DNA from: an uncultured delta proteobacterium
GTDB lineage: Bacteria > Desulfobacterota > Syntrophia > Syntrophales > Smithellaceae
Assembly (NCBI GenBank): GCA_963753975.1
Contig: CAVWEH010000002.1
Span: 224,001 to 288,000, forward strand
Direction of reading: 5' to 3'
DNA: 64,000 nucleotides
Position 1 is the first letter of the stretch; each line of letters begins with the position of its first letter. Shown here piece by piece: positions 41,048 through 51,469 of this stretch. The notes beneath the pieces were generated by a model. That model had not been told where the DNA came from. It searched no databases and saw only the letters and a program-made list of their open reading frames with translations. A program made the position numbers and the translations under genes.

Positions 41048-41653
41048 ATGACTAACAAAATTAAAAAATCAACAAATAAAAAACTAAAAGAACTACATCG
41101 TATAATTGCACCTTGCCTGAAGTGGGAATTTATTACGACGGCAATCCTTATCATCATAGCTTTAGTAACAGTCATAAAAGCATGCCAAACCACAACTTCA
41201 TACAAAGACAGCATTCTTCATGAAATTAATAACGCAAGAAATATACTTGACTACACCATGGCACAAAGACGGCAAAACGTGAGAAATCGCGCAAATTTTT
41301 CTCTTCAACATTATGTTCATGTTTCAGAATCATTTGCCGATAATCTGCCACTAAAAAATAGTATAATTTCTTTGTATGAAGCATTATCAGCCGCCCAAAA
41401 AAGTGCTGAAGAACTAAGGTTATTGTTATTGCAAAGTGACTCAAACCCACAAACTGTACGGAACAGAGAGGATGATATAAAGCGTGCTATAAGTTTCGCC
41501 GACAAAGTTGGTCCAGAACTTGCCAAACATATTAGTGGCTCTTGGAATCTTCCGCCGCAGAATATGTCAAATGAAGACCGCATAAAATATTACGAGACTA
41601 AACTTCTTGTTATTACCTCAGCAGCAACCGATAGCGAAGTAAAATATAAATAA
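41048..41653 (+). CDS. Hypothetical single-TM protein (ORFan-like, AT-rich)
   Basis: 201-aa ORF with one hydrophobic helix; no family recognised. Confidence 0.55.
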   Translation: MTNKIKKSTNKKLKELHRIIAPCLKWEFITTAILIIIALVTVIKACQTTTSYKDSILHEINNARNILDYTMAQRRQNVRNRANFSLQHYVHVSESFADNLPLKNSIISLYEALSAAQKSAEELRLLLLQSDSNPQTVRNREDDIKRAISFADKVGPELAKHISGSWNLPPQNMSNEDRIKYYETKLLVITSAATDSEVKYK

Positions 41654-41793
41654 ACACAAAGGTATTGCCACCGTACGTTGGTAGCCATACTATTGAAAAT
41701 CAACAAGCGCGCTTTAAACTAGTACTATTATCCCTCTTGGATAGCCCCGAAAGCTTCTTGACAAATATTCGGCATTGCCCGTATTTTATGTAC

Positions 41794-42081
41794 ATGAACA
41801 TCTGCCACAAATGCGATAAAGAAATCGCCGAGGATTTTTTTGTCGGCAGGCAAGCACAATGCCCCTCCTGCGGAGCTGATTTGCATTGTTGCCTCAACTG
41901 CTCATTTTACGATGTCGGTTCTTATAATGACTGCTGCGAACCTCAAGCCGAAAGAGTGCTGGACAAAAGCCGCTCCAATTTTTGTGATTTTTTCAGATTC
42001 AAACAAACAGCAAATACTCCCGGCGCGGCTGATTCCGGCGCTAAAGACAAACTGGAAGGGTTATTTAAGAAGAGCTCATAG
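41794..42081 (+). CDS. Small Cys-rich putative metal-binding protein
   Basis: CHKC, CPSC, CLNC and NFCDFF motifs. TTGACA-N18-TATTTT lies just upstream, so the start is probably 41794 (or 41788). Confidence 0.75.
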   Translation: MNICHKCDKEIAEDFFVGRQAQCPSCGADLHCCLNCSFYDVGSYNDCCEPQAERVLDKSRSNFCDFFRFKQTANTPGAADSGAKDKLEGLFKKSS

Positions 42082-42126
42082 CGCGACACAGGATTGACCC
42101 GCAATGAGCGATTTAGACGTCAACAA

Positions 42127-42813
42127 TTATTTGTTATCGAGGTATTGCAGAAACCACGAGGATGCAAGCTTGGCCACAGACTCCAGAGCACCAGGTTCTT
42201 CAAAAAGGTGCGTCGCACCCGGCACAATGACAATTTTCTTTGTCGACTTCATTTTTTCCATTGCCTGTTCATTAAGGGTGATCACCTCGTAGTCGTCACC
42301 ACCCACGATCAGCAAAGTAGGAACATGAATCAGACCAAGAGCTCTTGAGGCCAAATCGGGCCTGCCGCCGCGGGAAACAATCGCCTGAACACTGTCGGTG
42401 TGCGTTGTCGCAGCAATCAGGGCCGCCGCCGCGCCGGTGCTCGCGCCAAAATAGCCGACAGGCATTTTAGCGATTTCTTTCTGTGATTTCAGCCACTCGG
42501 TTGCTCCGGAAAGGCGATCCGCCAGAAGCTCGATATCGAAACGGAGCCGCATATTGTAGTTGTCAATTTTTTCTTCATCAGGGGTCAGCAAATCGAAAAG
42601 CAGTGTTGCCAGACCCTCTCCCTGCAGATGTTTGGCAACAAACCGGTTACGAGAACTCAGCCTGCTGCTGCCGCTGCCGTGTGCGAAAAGAATTATGCTT
42701 TTTGCTTCCGGCGGTATCGCCAGGTCTCCTTCCAGTCTTACCCGCCCAAAGTTTATTTGAACAGATCTTTCCTGTATTTTATTTTGTTTTGGGCTACGCA
42801 AAGGGTTATTCAT
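42127..42813 (-). CDS. Dienelactone-hydrolase-family alpha/beta hydrolase
   Basis: FAHGSGSSR, GASTG nucleophile elbow, VSRGGRPDLA and GATHLFEE motifs. Confidence 0.88.
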   Translation of the reverse strand: MNNPLRSPKQNKIQERSVQINFGRVRLEGDLAIPPEAKSIILFAHGSGSSRLSSRNRFVAKHLQGEGLATLLFDLLTPDEEKIDNYNMRLRFDIELLADRLSGATEWLKSQKEIAKMPVGYFGASTGAAAALIAATTHTDSVQAIVSRGGRPDLASRALGLIHVPTLLIVGGDDYEVITLNEQAMEKMKSTKKIVIVPGATHLFEEPGALESVAKLASSWFLQYLDNK

Positions 42814-43479
42814 TGTATACCTTCCGCGCTTACATTGACTTTGTATGATTTTTTGAGCAGATGTTTTACTTCCTCATCCGAAGTCTGAGAGAAGTCATCG
42901 TACCACATACCTACTGCATTGAACGGCGAAGGGGTAATGCCGCAAATGATCTCATCGACCTTTGCCCGGAATTCATTGCATAGTGTCGGGAGAAGCAGTG
43001 GGAACGGCAATGATAATCTTCTGCGGACCTTGTTTTCTCAGAGCTACTACTGCCGCGCGCATGGTAGCACCCGTCGCCAGACCGTCATCGACAAGTATTA
43101 CAGTGTAATCTTTTAGATCCAGCTGCGGCCGATTGCTCCGGTACGCGCTTTCCCGGCGTTTCAACTCCTGTTCTTCCCTTTGGGCAATCGATTGAATTTC
43201 ATCTCTGGTGATATTGATGCTGCGTAATACGTCTTGATTCAGCACCCGCACGCCGCCCGAAGCAATCGCCCCCATAGCCAGTTCCTCATAGCCGGGCACG
43301 CCCAATTTCCTGACCAGAAAGATATCGAGAGGTAAACCCAACTCCTGCGCTATTTCATGGGCAACAACAACGCCCCCGCGGGGCAACCCGAGAACGATGG
43401 TTTTCGGTTTGCGGGCATATTTTTGTAATTTCTCCGCCAGGTATTTGCCGGCATGAGTTCTGTTCCGGAAACGATTCAT
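42810..43479 (-). CDS. Type I phosphoribosyltransferase-family protein; +1 frameshift at ~42981
   Basis: [20 protein letters not shown], and [17 protein letters not shown] in the second frame. Confidence 0.88.
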
Positions 43480-43508
43480 TATTTATCACCCTACCTTTCC
43501 AATTTCGG

Positions 43509-44021
43509 CTATTTGGAGAGCCTCGCCGGACATGCCTTGATAAACGGGACGAGATCGGCGGGGCTCCTGCTGGAAATGATGTTGCCATCTTTTACGACTT
43601 CCTTGTCGATAAATTCGGCGCCGGCATTGATTATGTCTTCTTTGACCGATTTCCAGCCGGTAATTTTTCTTCCTTTTAAAACGCGTGCGGTAATGAGCAA
43701 CTGCGGGGCATGACAAATGGAAAAGATGGGTTTGCCGCTTTTCACAAACTCTCTCGTAAAGCGCACTGCTTCGTCATGGATTCTCAAGCCGTCGGGCGAA
43801 TAGCCCCCGGGGATCAAGAGAGCGTCAAAATCATCGATCTTCAAACCTTCCACTGCTTTATCGATGACAACCGGCGTATTCTTCTTAATTCCTCTGACAG
43901 TATCTCCGGCTTTTATTCCGACGTGAACGATTTCATGTCCCGCATTCTTAAAAGCTTTTACCGGCTCGCCGTATTCCGAATCCTCGAACATATTGGTTAT
44001 GATGACTGCAATTTTCGCCAT
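43509..44021 (-). CDS. PfpI/DJ-1-family protein (YhbO-like)
   Basis: FEDSE, IPGGYSPD, ICHAPQ (nucleophile Cys) and SSRSPADL motifs. Confidence 0.9.
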   Translation of the reverse strand: MAKIAVIITNMFEDSEYGEPVKAFKNAGHEIVHVGIKAGDTVRGIKKNTPVVIDKAVEGLKIDDFDALLIPGGYSPDGLRIHDEAVRFTREFVKSGKPIFSICHAPQLLITARVLKGRKITGWKSVKEDIINAGAEFIDKEVVKDGNIISSRSPADLVPFIKACPARLSK

Positions 44022-44234
44022 AGTCTGCGCCTCTTCCGATATTAAGATACTTCAAACGTCTGCACGAATTTGTATCACAAATCGACACAGAATTTTTATT
44101 AGGAAAATAATCAACTAATTATAGGAAGGAAACAATAAGAATTAATTGTATGCTAGTTGGTAGTCAAATACTACCAAAGGACTCAAGGCAAGATTGAAGA
44201 AACAAAATGGGCTATAGTTCGTACAATTATGTTT

Positions 44235-45092
44235 TTATACGGCGCAGGGTGAATGGCGGCCGGAAAGTAACTCCATTTTGTATTTGCGTCTGGGCAAGGT
44301 CTTAATATCCAGCCTCTTTTTGATTTCCTTTAGCGGCACAACTTTTATGTTCATGCTGAGCACTTTTTCTAAAAGCTCTCTGAACTGATTTTCAAAGATG
44401 CCCCCTTCTACTTCGGCGTGAACAGGCAGGACATGTGTTCTGCCATCTTTAATCAAATCGGTAATGATTGATACGCCTTTTTGAACGTCAATTTCCTCAA
44501 AGCAAGGCAAGTCAGAAGGTATCTCCAGTATATCGGCTATTTCATGGATGAAGGAAGCTTTAGCCCGCGTACAACTTAGATAATCAAAATTGTATTCTTT
44601 AATTATGGGGAGTACCCGATCATCGATAAGCCAGGAAGGCGCACCGAACGCTGTAGGTTTGTTTCCTGTCAATTTTTCAAAACTGCCAATACCTTTGGCA
44701 AACCACTCCCGAATCCACTTTTCGGCTTTACCGGAAAGTTCATCCTGCCAGCGACGGTGATCCCAGGCATGAAACTGGACTTCGTGGCCGGCAGCAATTA
44801 TATCGCTCACAATTTCCGGAAAGGAAAGCGCGATCATGGGTGCCGATAGTAACGTACCGTATAGAGCTGTTTTCCAGCCGTAAAGAGCAGCCGCATTTGT
44901 CCGCATCATCTTCTTAAAGAAAAGCGGATTCTTGATTAACTGCAGCGCCGCCCGGCCGGAATTATCCGGCCCGACGCTTAAAAAAAATGTTCCTTTTAAT
45001 TGAAATTGTTTTAAGATTTCTAAAAGAGAGGGGACGCCTTTTTTCATGCCCCAATAGGTATCAACATCGATTTTTAATCCGAGCATTGCCAT
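44235..45092 (-). CDS. arnD: ArnD-like polysaccharide deacetylase (undecaprenyl-P-Ara4FN deformylase)
   Basis: LKIDVDT, GPDNSGRA, HAWDHRRWQD and HAEVEG motifs; last gene of the arn operon. Confidence 0.8.
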   Translation of the reverse strand: MAMLGLKIDVDTYWGMKKGVPSLLEILKQFQLKGTFFLSVGPDNSGRAALQLIKNPLFFKKMMRTNAAALYGWKTALYGTLLSAPMIALSFPEIVSDIIAAGHEVQFHAWDHRRWQDELSGKAEKWIREWFAKGIGSFEKLTGNKPTAFGAPSWLIDDRVLPIIKEYNFDYLSCTRAKASFIHEIADILEIPSDLPCFEEIDVQKGVSIITDLIKDGRTHVLPVHAEVEGGIFENQFRELLEKVLSMNIKVVPLKEIKKRLDIKTLPRRKYKMELLSGRHSPCAV

Positions 45093-45093
45093 T

Positions 45094-46132
45094 TTATTTA
45101 ATGTCGGCGTCTTTGTTTTCTTCCAAAAATGAATTGAGGGTTAGACGCAGTGATTCTTCCAAGCCTGTCTTCGGCTCCCAATTCAAAAGTTTTTTCGCCT
45201 TCTCGATGCTGGGTTTGCGCGTATAGATGTCCTGATAGCCTTTGCCGTAATAGGTATCGGCGGAAATATTGATTATTTCGGAATAGATTTTATCATTTTT
45301 ATGATCAGGATGTTGCTGAAAAAGCTTCTTTAATATATTGGCCAATTCTTTGACCGAACATTCGTTCGCCGGATTACCGATATTAATAATCTCGTTTTTA
45401 CAGACGTCATCTTTATTCTCCAGAATTTTCATGAGCGCCGCTATACCGTCGTCAACGTACGTAAAACAGCGCTTCTGTTTTCCGCCATCAACAAGATTAA
45501 TCGGACGTTTCATGAACAACTCCGCGATAAATTGCGTGACGACGCGTGAACTGCCTTCCTTTGCTGCGTAGAGTGAATCAAGCCGAGGACCGATCCAGTT
45601 AAAAGGACGAAACAGTGTAAACTCCAAATGACCTCTTGTTCCATAGCCGTAAATCACGCGATCCAGAAGCTGTTTACAGCAGGAATAAATCCAGCGCTCT
45701 TTATTGATGGGACCTACTATCAGAAAGCTTTCATCTTCTTTGAATTCCGGATCGGTACAGGCGCCGTATACTTCCGAGGTCGAGGGGAAAACAACCCGTT
45801 TATGATATTTGACGCATTTCTTGATAATATCTACATTCATCTCAAAATCAAGATTGTAAACGGCGATGGGATCTTCGACGTAAAGCTTCGGCGTGGCAAT
45901 GGCTACCAGGGGCATCACGACATCACATTTTTTGATTTGCAGTTCAATCCATTCCCGGTTAATGGCAATATCACCTTCCATAAAATTAAAACGTGGATTA
46001 TTCAAGATTCTTACCGAGGCGGTCCGTGCCTAAATCCATGCCGTAAACTATCCAATCTTTTTTTTCGGTGAGAATTTTATTAATCAGATGATGTCCGATA
46101 AATCCATTGACGCCCAGTATCAATATCTTCAT
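45094..46132 (-). CDS. arnA: UDP-glucuronate decarboxylase (stand-alone ArnA C-terminal domain); +1 frameshift at ~46009
   Basis: [16 protein letters not shown] start, then [25 protein letters not shown] and [11 protein letters not shown]. Confidence 0.88.
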
Positions 46133-47049
46133 TTTAGCTTTGTCACCTTCCCTTTTTGGAAATATTCGGAAATTTGTGAACCTCTCCTGCGCTTTCCCTG
46201 AATTTCTATATCCATAAGCCTTATAGCATCTTTACCGGTATACACACGAATCTTTTCTGTCTTGATTTCTACTTCTCCGGGAACTTTGACTATGTTTGAT
46301 TTTACCGGCTCCGCCCACCAGATAATTAATTTCTCGCCATTTTTCAAAAAAGCAAAAGCCCCCGGGTATGGTTCGGTAACGCCGCGAATCAAATTGTAAA
46401 TATCCTGCGCGGATTTATGCCAATCGATGCGGCCATCCTCGGGACGCCTTCCGCCATAATAACTCCCCACAGCTAAATTTTGTTTGCGGCGTGGAATACG
46501 GCCTGTTTTAATCACGGGCAATACCTCATCGAGCAGTAGTTTGGCCGCTGTACAGAGTTTATCATACAGAGTTCTTGCCGTATCTCTAAATTCAATTTCG
46601 ACTTCTTTTTGGCCGACGATATCTCCGGCATCAGGTTTATCAATCATATAATGAAGCGTAACGCCAGTGCGCTTTTCTCCGTTGATCAAAACCCAGTTTA
46701 CCGGACAGCGTCCCCGATAGGCAGGCAGCAGCGAGCCGTGCAAATTAAACGCGCCGAGTTTTGGGATTTCCAGAATCTCGCGGCAGATCATTTTTCGATA
46801 ATAAAAGGAAAATATAATATCGGGCTTGAGCTCGCCGACTTTTTTAATCCATTGCGGTTCATTTACGTCTTCGGCAGTGTACACGGTAACATTCTTCTTT
46901 ACAGCCCAATCTTTAACCGAACCGAACCAGCAATTCTCATCAGGGTCATCTTCATGGCTAAACACGGCGGCAATATCAAAGCTGTGTTGAAAAAGAGCTT
47001 CCAAACCGGCAATGCCCATATTGTGATACGCAAAAACAACCGCTTTCAA
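46129..47049 (-). CDS. UDP-L-Ara4N formyltransferase (stand-alone ArnA N-terminal domain)
   Basis: AVVFAYHNMG, FSFYYR, NLHGSLLPAYRGRCPVNW and GGRRPEDGRIDW motifs. Confidence 0.88.
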   Translation of the reverse strand: MKAVVFAYHNMGIAGLEALFQHSFDIAAVFSHEDDPDENCWFGSVKDWAVKKNVTVYTAEDVNEPQWIKKVGELKPDIIFSFYYRKMICREILEIPKLGAFNLHGSLLPAYRGRCPVNWVLINGEKRTGVTLHYMIDKPDAGDIVGQKEVEIEFRDTARTLYDKLCTAAKLLLDEVLPVIKTGRIPRRKQNLAVGSYYGGRRPEDGRIDWHKSAQDIYNLIRGVTEPYPGAFAFLKNGEKLIIWWAEPVKSNIVKVPGEVEIKTEKIRVYTGKDAIRLMDIEIQGKRRRGSQISEYFQKGKVTKLK

Positions 47050-47050
47050 T

Positions 47051-48001
47051 TTATCGTTTATCCCTTTCTGCGCTGTAAATATTTTCAATCACATATTCCG
47101 GCCGCTTGCGTACCTCTCGGTAAATTCTACCGATGTATTCACCAATAACGCCCAGCGCAAAAAATTGCATGCCGATAAACACAAACAAGACGGCAAATAA
47201 AGTAAATATTCCTTCCGCCGCCCAGCGCGCGCCGTAAACCAATCGCGCTATGATCAGGAAAATACCGAAAAAAATTCCCAGCAGTGACATCAATATACCG
47301 CCATACATAATGAGCTTTATCGGTAAATTGGAAAAAGCCGCCACCAGATCAAATTGCAGATTAATCAATTTTCTTAAAGGGTAATTTGATTTTCCGCCAA
47401 ATCGTTCATCATGAGTCACTTCTATTTCCGTTACGCGTTTGGAGAAAACAGTCGCCAACGCCGGAATGAATGTGGAGTGCTCGTGGCACTCAATCATCCT
47501 TTCGACCACACTGCGCCTGTAAGCCCGCAGCATGCATCCCCAATCCCGGAGACTCACGCCTGTAATCTTTCGCGCCACCATGTTAATAATTTTTGAAGGA
47601 AAAATTCGCCAGAAGGAATCTTTGCGTCCCCTTCTGATCGTGCCGACAACATCGTAATTGCCTTCTTCCATCACTTTCACTAAATTGGGTATTTCTTCAG
47701 GAGGATTTTGCAAATCCGCATCCATGGTAATGATGATTTCGGCCTTAGATACGGAAAAGCCCGCTAAGATGGCCGCATGCTGGCCGTAATTTCGCGTCAA
47801 TTCCACTATCTTCACTGATGGTTTTTGTGCCAATTCTTTGAGAATTTCCAGGGAATTATCTGTGCTTCCGTCATCAATAAATATTATTTCGTAACTTTTT
47901 TCCAAACTCTGCATTACCGATGTAAGCCTCTGCATTAAAGTCGGGAGGTTTTCTTTTTCGTTGTAAACGGGAATAACGACTGCTATTTCAGTATTAGTCA
48001 T
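47051..48001 (-). CDS. arnC: Undecaprenyl-phosphate Ara4FN transferase (GT2)
   Basis: VIPVYNE, DDGSTD, RNYGQHAAI, DADLQNPP and two C-terminal TM helices. Confidence 0.88.
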   Translation of the reverse strand: MTNTEIAVVIPVYNEKENLPTLMQRLTSVMQSLEKSYEIIFIDDGSTDNSLEILKELAQKPSVKIVELTRNYGQHAAILAGFSVSKAEIIITMDADLQNPPEEIPNLVKVMEEGNYDVVGTIRRGRKDSFWRIFPSKIINMVARKITGVSLRDWGCMLRAYRRSVVERMIECHEHSTFIPALATVFSKRVTEIEVTHDERFGGKSNYPLRKLINLQFDLVAAFSNLPIKLIMYGGILMSLLGIFFGIFLIIARLVYGARWAAEGIFTLFAVLFVFIGMQFFALGVIGEYIGRIYREVRKRPEYVIENIYSAERDKR

Positions 48002-49146
48002 TATTTACTATCTCCTTTATCGCTTGGCAAACATATTGAACATCTTCTGGCCTGCATATCCGGAAATAAAGGCAAGGATATAATCTTATCTGCCGCTCTT
48101 TCCGTTTCCGGAAGCATGCCGATACTTGCCGCATATCTTTCCTTTACATAGCTTAAAGTATGAGCCGGAGGAAAATGCAGCCCATAGCCGATATTATATT
48201 CGGACAGTCTGTTCATGAACTCATCCCGGCTTAAGGCCAAAATCTTGATTACAAAAAGATGCCAGGCATGGGTGTGTTCATATGGGGGAGATTGCGGCAA
48301 ATCTACGCCGTTTACGCCCTTTAATCCCTCTAGATAAAGTTGCGCTAATTTAGAACGTTTTGTATTCAATTCTTGCCGGCGCTCGAACTGCGCCAAACCT
48401 AAAGCCGCAAGCATATCCGGCATATTATATTTGTAGCCAGGCTCCGTTATATCATAGGACGGATTGCCTCCCTTTCCATATCTCTTCCAGGCATCGCGTT
48501 CGATGCCGTGAAATCTCAGCAGCCTCAGTTTTTTTTCCAAAGCGGTATCGTTCAGAGTTATCATCCCTCCTTCACCGGTGGTAATGTTTTTTATCGGGTG
48601 AAAAGAAAAAATGGCGGCATGACCGAAACCACCGACATGAACTCCTTTAAAGTATGTGCCGACCGCATGAGCCGCGTCTTCTATCACTACCAGATTATAC
48701 TTTCGAGCGAGCTGATTAATTTTCTCCATATCGGCCGGCGCTCCGGCGAAATGAACAGGAATAATTGCTTTCGTCTTCGGTGTGATTTTTTCTTCTATCA
48801 AATCAGCATTGATATTGAGCGTACCATAATCGATATCGACAAATACTGGTGTCGCTTTGCGCAGGGCTATCATATTTATCGTAGAGGCGAACGTCATTGA
48901 TGGCGTGATTATTTCATCACCGGCACCGATATTCAGCGCTGATAGAACCAAATGCATGCCGGCGGTCGCCGAGTTTAACGCTATCGCCCGTTTAGCGCCG
49001 GTAAGCTTGCAGAAGCCGGCTTCAAATTCCTGGCATTTAGCTCCGGTCGTAATCCAGCCGGATTTCAGGCAGGATACAACATTATTAATTTCGGCATTGC
49101 CAATTGAAGGCCGGCTAAACGGCAAGAAATCTTTTCTGATCTTCAT
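47994..49146 (-). CDS. arnB: UDP-4-amino-4-deoxy-L-arabinose aminotransferase; +1 frameshift at ~48051 near the C-terminus
   Basis: FLPFSRP, SGWITTG, EDAAHAVG and SFHPIKNITTGEGG (PLP Lys). Repaired end reads PEDVQYVCQAIKEIVNND*. Confidence 0.9.
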
Positions 49147-49169
49147 TTACAGCCCTTTGCAAACTCCCG

Positions 49170-50835
49170 CTATTTTATGTGCAGAAGGTAAAAAGCACCA
49201 TTATCCCAGAGGATATCAACCTTCGGCATTTTTTCCTTAATTTCTTCTACCTTCTTTTTATGCTGGGTAATACAATAAACATCTTTTCTTTGTGCGCACA
49301 ATCGAAAAAACTCATTTCTGGATAAAAAATAACGCTCTTTCTCCGCTCGCGAAAGCTTGGTTATTCCTTCCGCTAGCTCGCCAAAGTCTTCCACTATCGG
49401 TGTTCTGATTTTATTATAAAAGTCAATACCGTAAAAATTTTCGCGATATTGATACAAATCATAACCCGCCGGCACGAATTTGATGATAGCTTCCTTGGCA
49501 ACACGGGCACTGCGATAAGGCGCTAAGAAAATCATTTACCGGTAAAAGAACGCCGGCTAGAAATACGGCACACAGCAAGTAAATAGTTAAAAACCAGCCA
49601 CGTCTCATTTTTCTGGCAATCAGGTCCGGCAGAAAAATCATCAAAAAAGCTGTGAGCATTGGCAATATAATATATAACCACCAGTTGCCCGAAGTCATGA
49701 TGACCAGTCCTTTTTCCGGATCGGAGTACTTATTCAATAGCGGCGGCAGAAAAAGAGCAATAATTATTATCAGAGACTGAAATATAACGGCAATCCGGTA
49801 GAATACTTTCTTGCCGCCGCTCGCTTCCGGTAGATCCTGTTCGTAATTACGAAAAACACTGCCCGAAAAAAGAGCAAGCGGTAAAAATACGGGGGCAATA
49901 TATGTGATAAGTTTGGAAGAAGAAAATGTATAAAACAAAAAAATAAATAAAATCCAAACTGCTAATAATTTATTTTCTTCTTTGCTGAACAGCCACTCCT
50001 TAATTGATTTCCCCCTCCAGGCATTGATCAGATAAACCGACCACGGAATAGTTCCGGCGATAATGATCGGCAAAAAATAATAAAAAGGCTCGGTCTTACC
50101 GTGCATCTTCGTAGTAAAACGTAGGAAGTGTTCACGCACAAAAAAGAACCAGAGAAAATCGGAGTTTTCTTTTTGCGCCAAAATCAGCCAGGGACAGACG
50201 ACAATCAGAAATATCAATATTCCAATTGGCGAAAATAGCTGCCAGATTTGACGCTAGCGGCCAGCCCAGATCAGCCATAAAACCAAAATAGCAAAAGGAA
50301 ATACAACACCGACGAGACCCTTCGTTAAAAAAGCAAGGGCGCAGAAAAAATAAAATAAGTAACAGAGATATTTTCTCTTTTCTTCGGTTAAAGACAAATA
50401 ACCCAGCCAAATGGAAAGACACAGAAAAAAAGTCAGCGGCATATCCAGTATGTTGATCCGGCCTAAGGCAAAGGGAAACGCGGATATAGATAAAATTGCC
50501 GCGGCATAGAGCCCTGTCTTTTCATCCCGGAAATGTTTCCCGATAAAATAAGCGAGCAATATGCAACCCCACGCGCAAAGAGCAGCAAACAGTCTTGCGG
50601 AAAAATCGTTTTCACCGAATACTTTAAAAGACATTGCTGTTGCCCAGTAAACCAACGGCGGCTTTTCCAGGTAAGGAACATGCTTAATCTGCGGTGTAAT
50701 ATAATTGCCGGATTGATTCATGGCGCTGGGAATCAAACTATAGCGGGCTTCATCCGGTTCCATCTGCGGCATGATACCGAGCAAAGCTATATAAAGGATT
50801 AAGGGTATTAAAAACAGGACATATCTTTTTTGCAT
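49170..50835 (-). CDS. arnT: ArnT-family L-Ara4N transferase, interrupted by an in-frame TAG (50254-50256) and a frameshift at ~49525
   Basis: PDEARY, YLEKPPLVYW, LAFLTKG, EHFLRF and SSKLITYI motifs. Confidence 0.8.
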
Positions 50836-50854
50836 GGAGACACTCGACGCCTTT

Positions 50855-51469
50855 TTACTTCTGAATTAATTCGATTTTCTTCCGATCAAAAAAATATTTT
50901 ACGACCATTGTAGATAATATGCCGATACCGGCACCGGCAATTACATCGCTCAAATAGTGTGACGTTAGTATTATTCGTGTCATTCCTATGGATATGGCTA
51001 TAATAAAGGCCGCAATGCCTGCGCGGGGAAATAATATACTGACTGCGAAAGCCAAAGAAAAAGCCGTGACCGCATGACCGGACGGTAAAGAAGTTAATTC
51101 ATAACCCACACCGAAAAAATTAAAACCATAATGACCTTCTTCTAACATATTTGGTCTATATCTGCCGACAAGCCACTTAATGAGTGTACTAATCAGCCCT
51201 GATGCCGATATCGCTAGAAAAAGAAAAAAAATCCTCATTGACCACAGTTTATTTTTAGCCAGAAACCAGAAATATATAAATGCCGGTACCAGTATTAGAT
51301 AATACCATCTCGATTCACCCAGGATAGTGACAATTTCAGCAATATCGACTATTGACCTATTTAAACCCTGGCAGTATATCACCAGCGGAATATCCCAGTA
51401 AAAATAGGAAACGGCAATCAGCACCAAACAAACAAAAAAGAAAATAACGGCGATCCATTTTTTAATCAA
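50855..51469 (-). CDS. PAP2-family membrane phosphatase (lipid A or undecaprenyl-PP phosphatase-like)
   Basis: KWLVGRYRP, PSGH and TRIILTSHYLSDV catalytic motifs. Confidence 0.88.
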   Translation of the reverse strand: MIKKWIAVIFFFVCLVLIAVSYFYWDIPLVIYCQGLNRSIVDIAEIVTILGESRWYYLILVPAFIYFWFLAKNKLWSMRIFFLFLAISASGLISTLIKWLVGRYRPNMLEEGHYGFNFFGVGYELTSLPSGHAVTAFSLAFAVSILFPRAGIAAFIIAISIGMTRIILTSHYLSDVIAGAGIGILSTMVVKYFFDRKKIELIQK

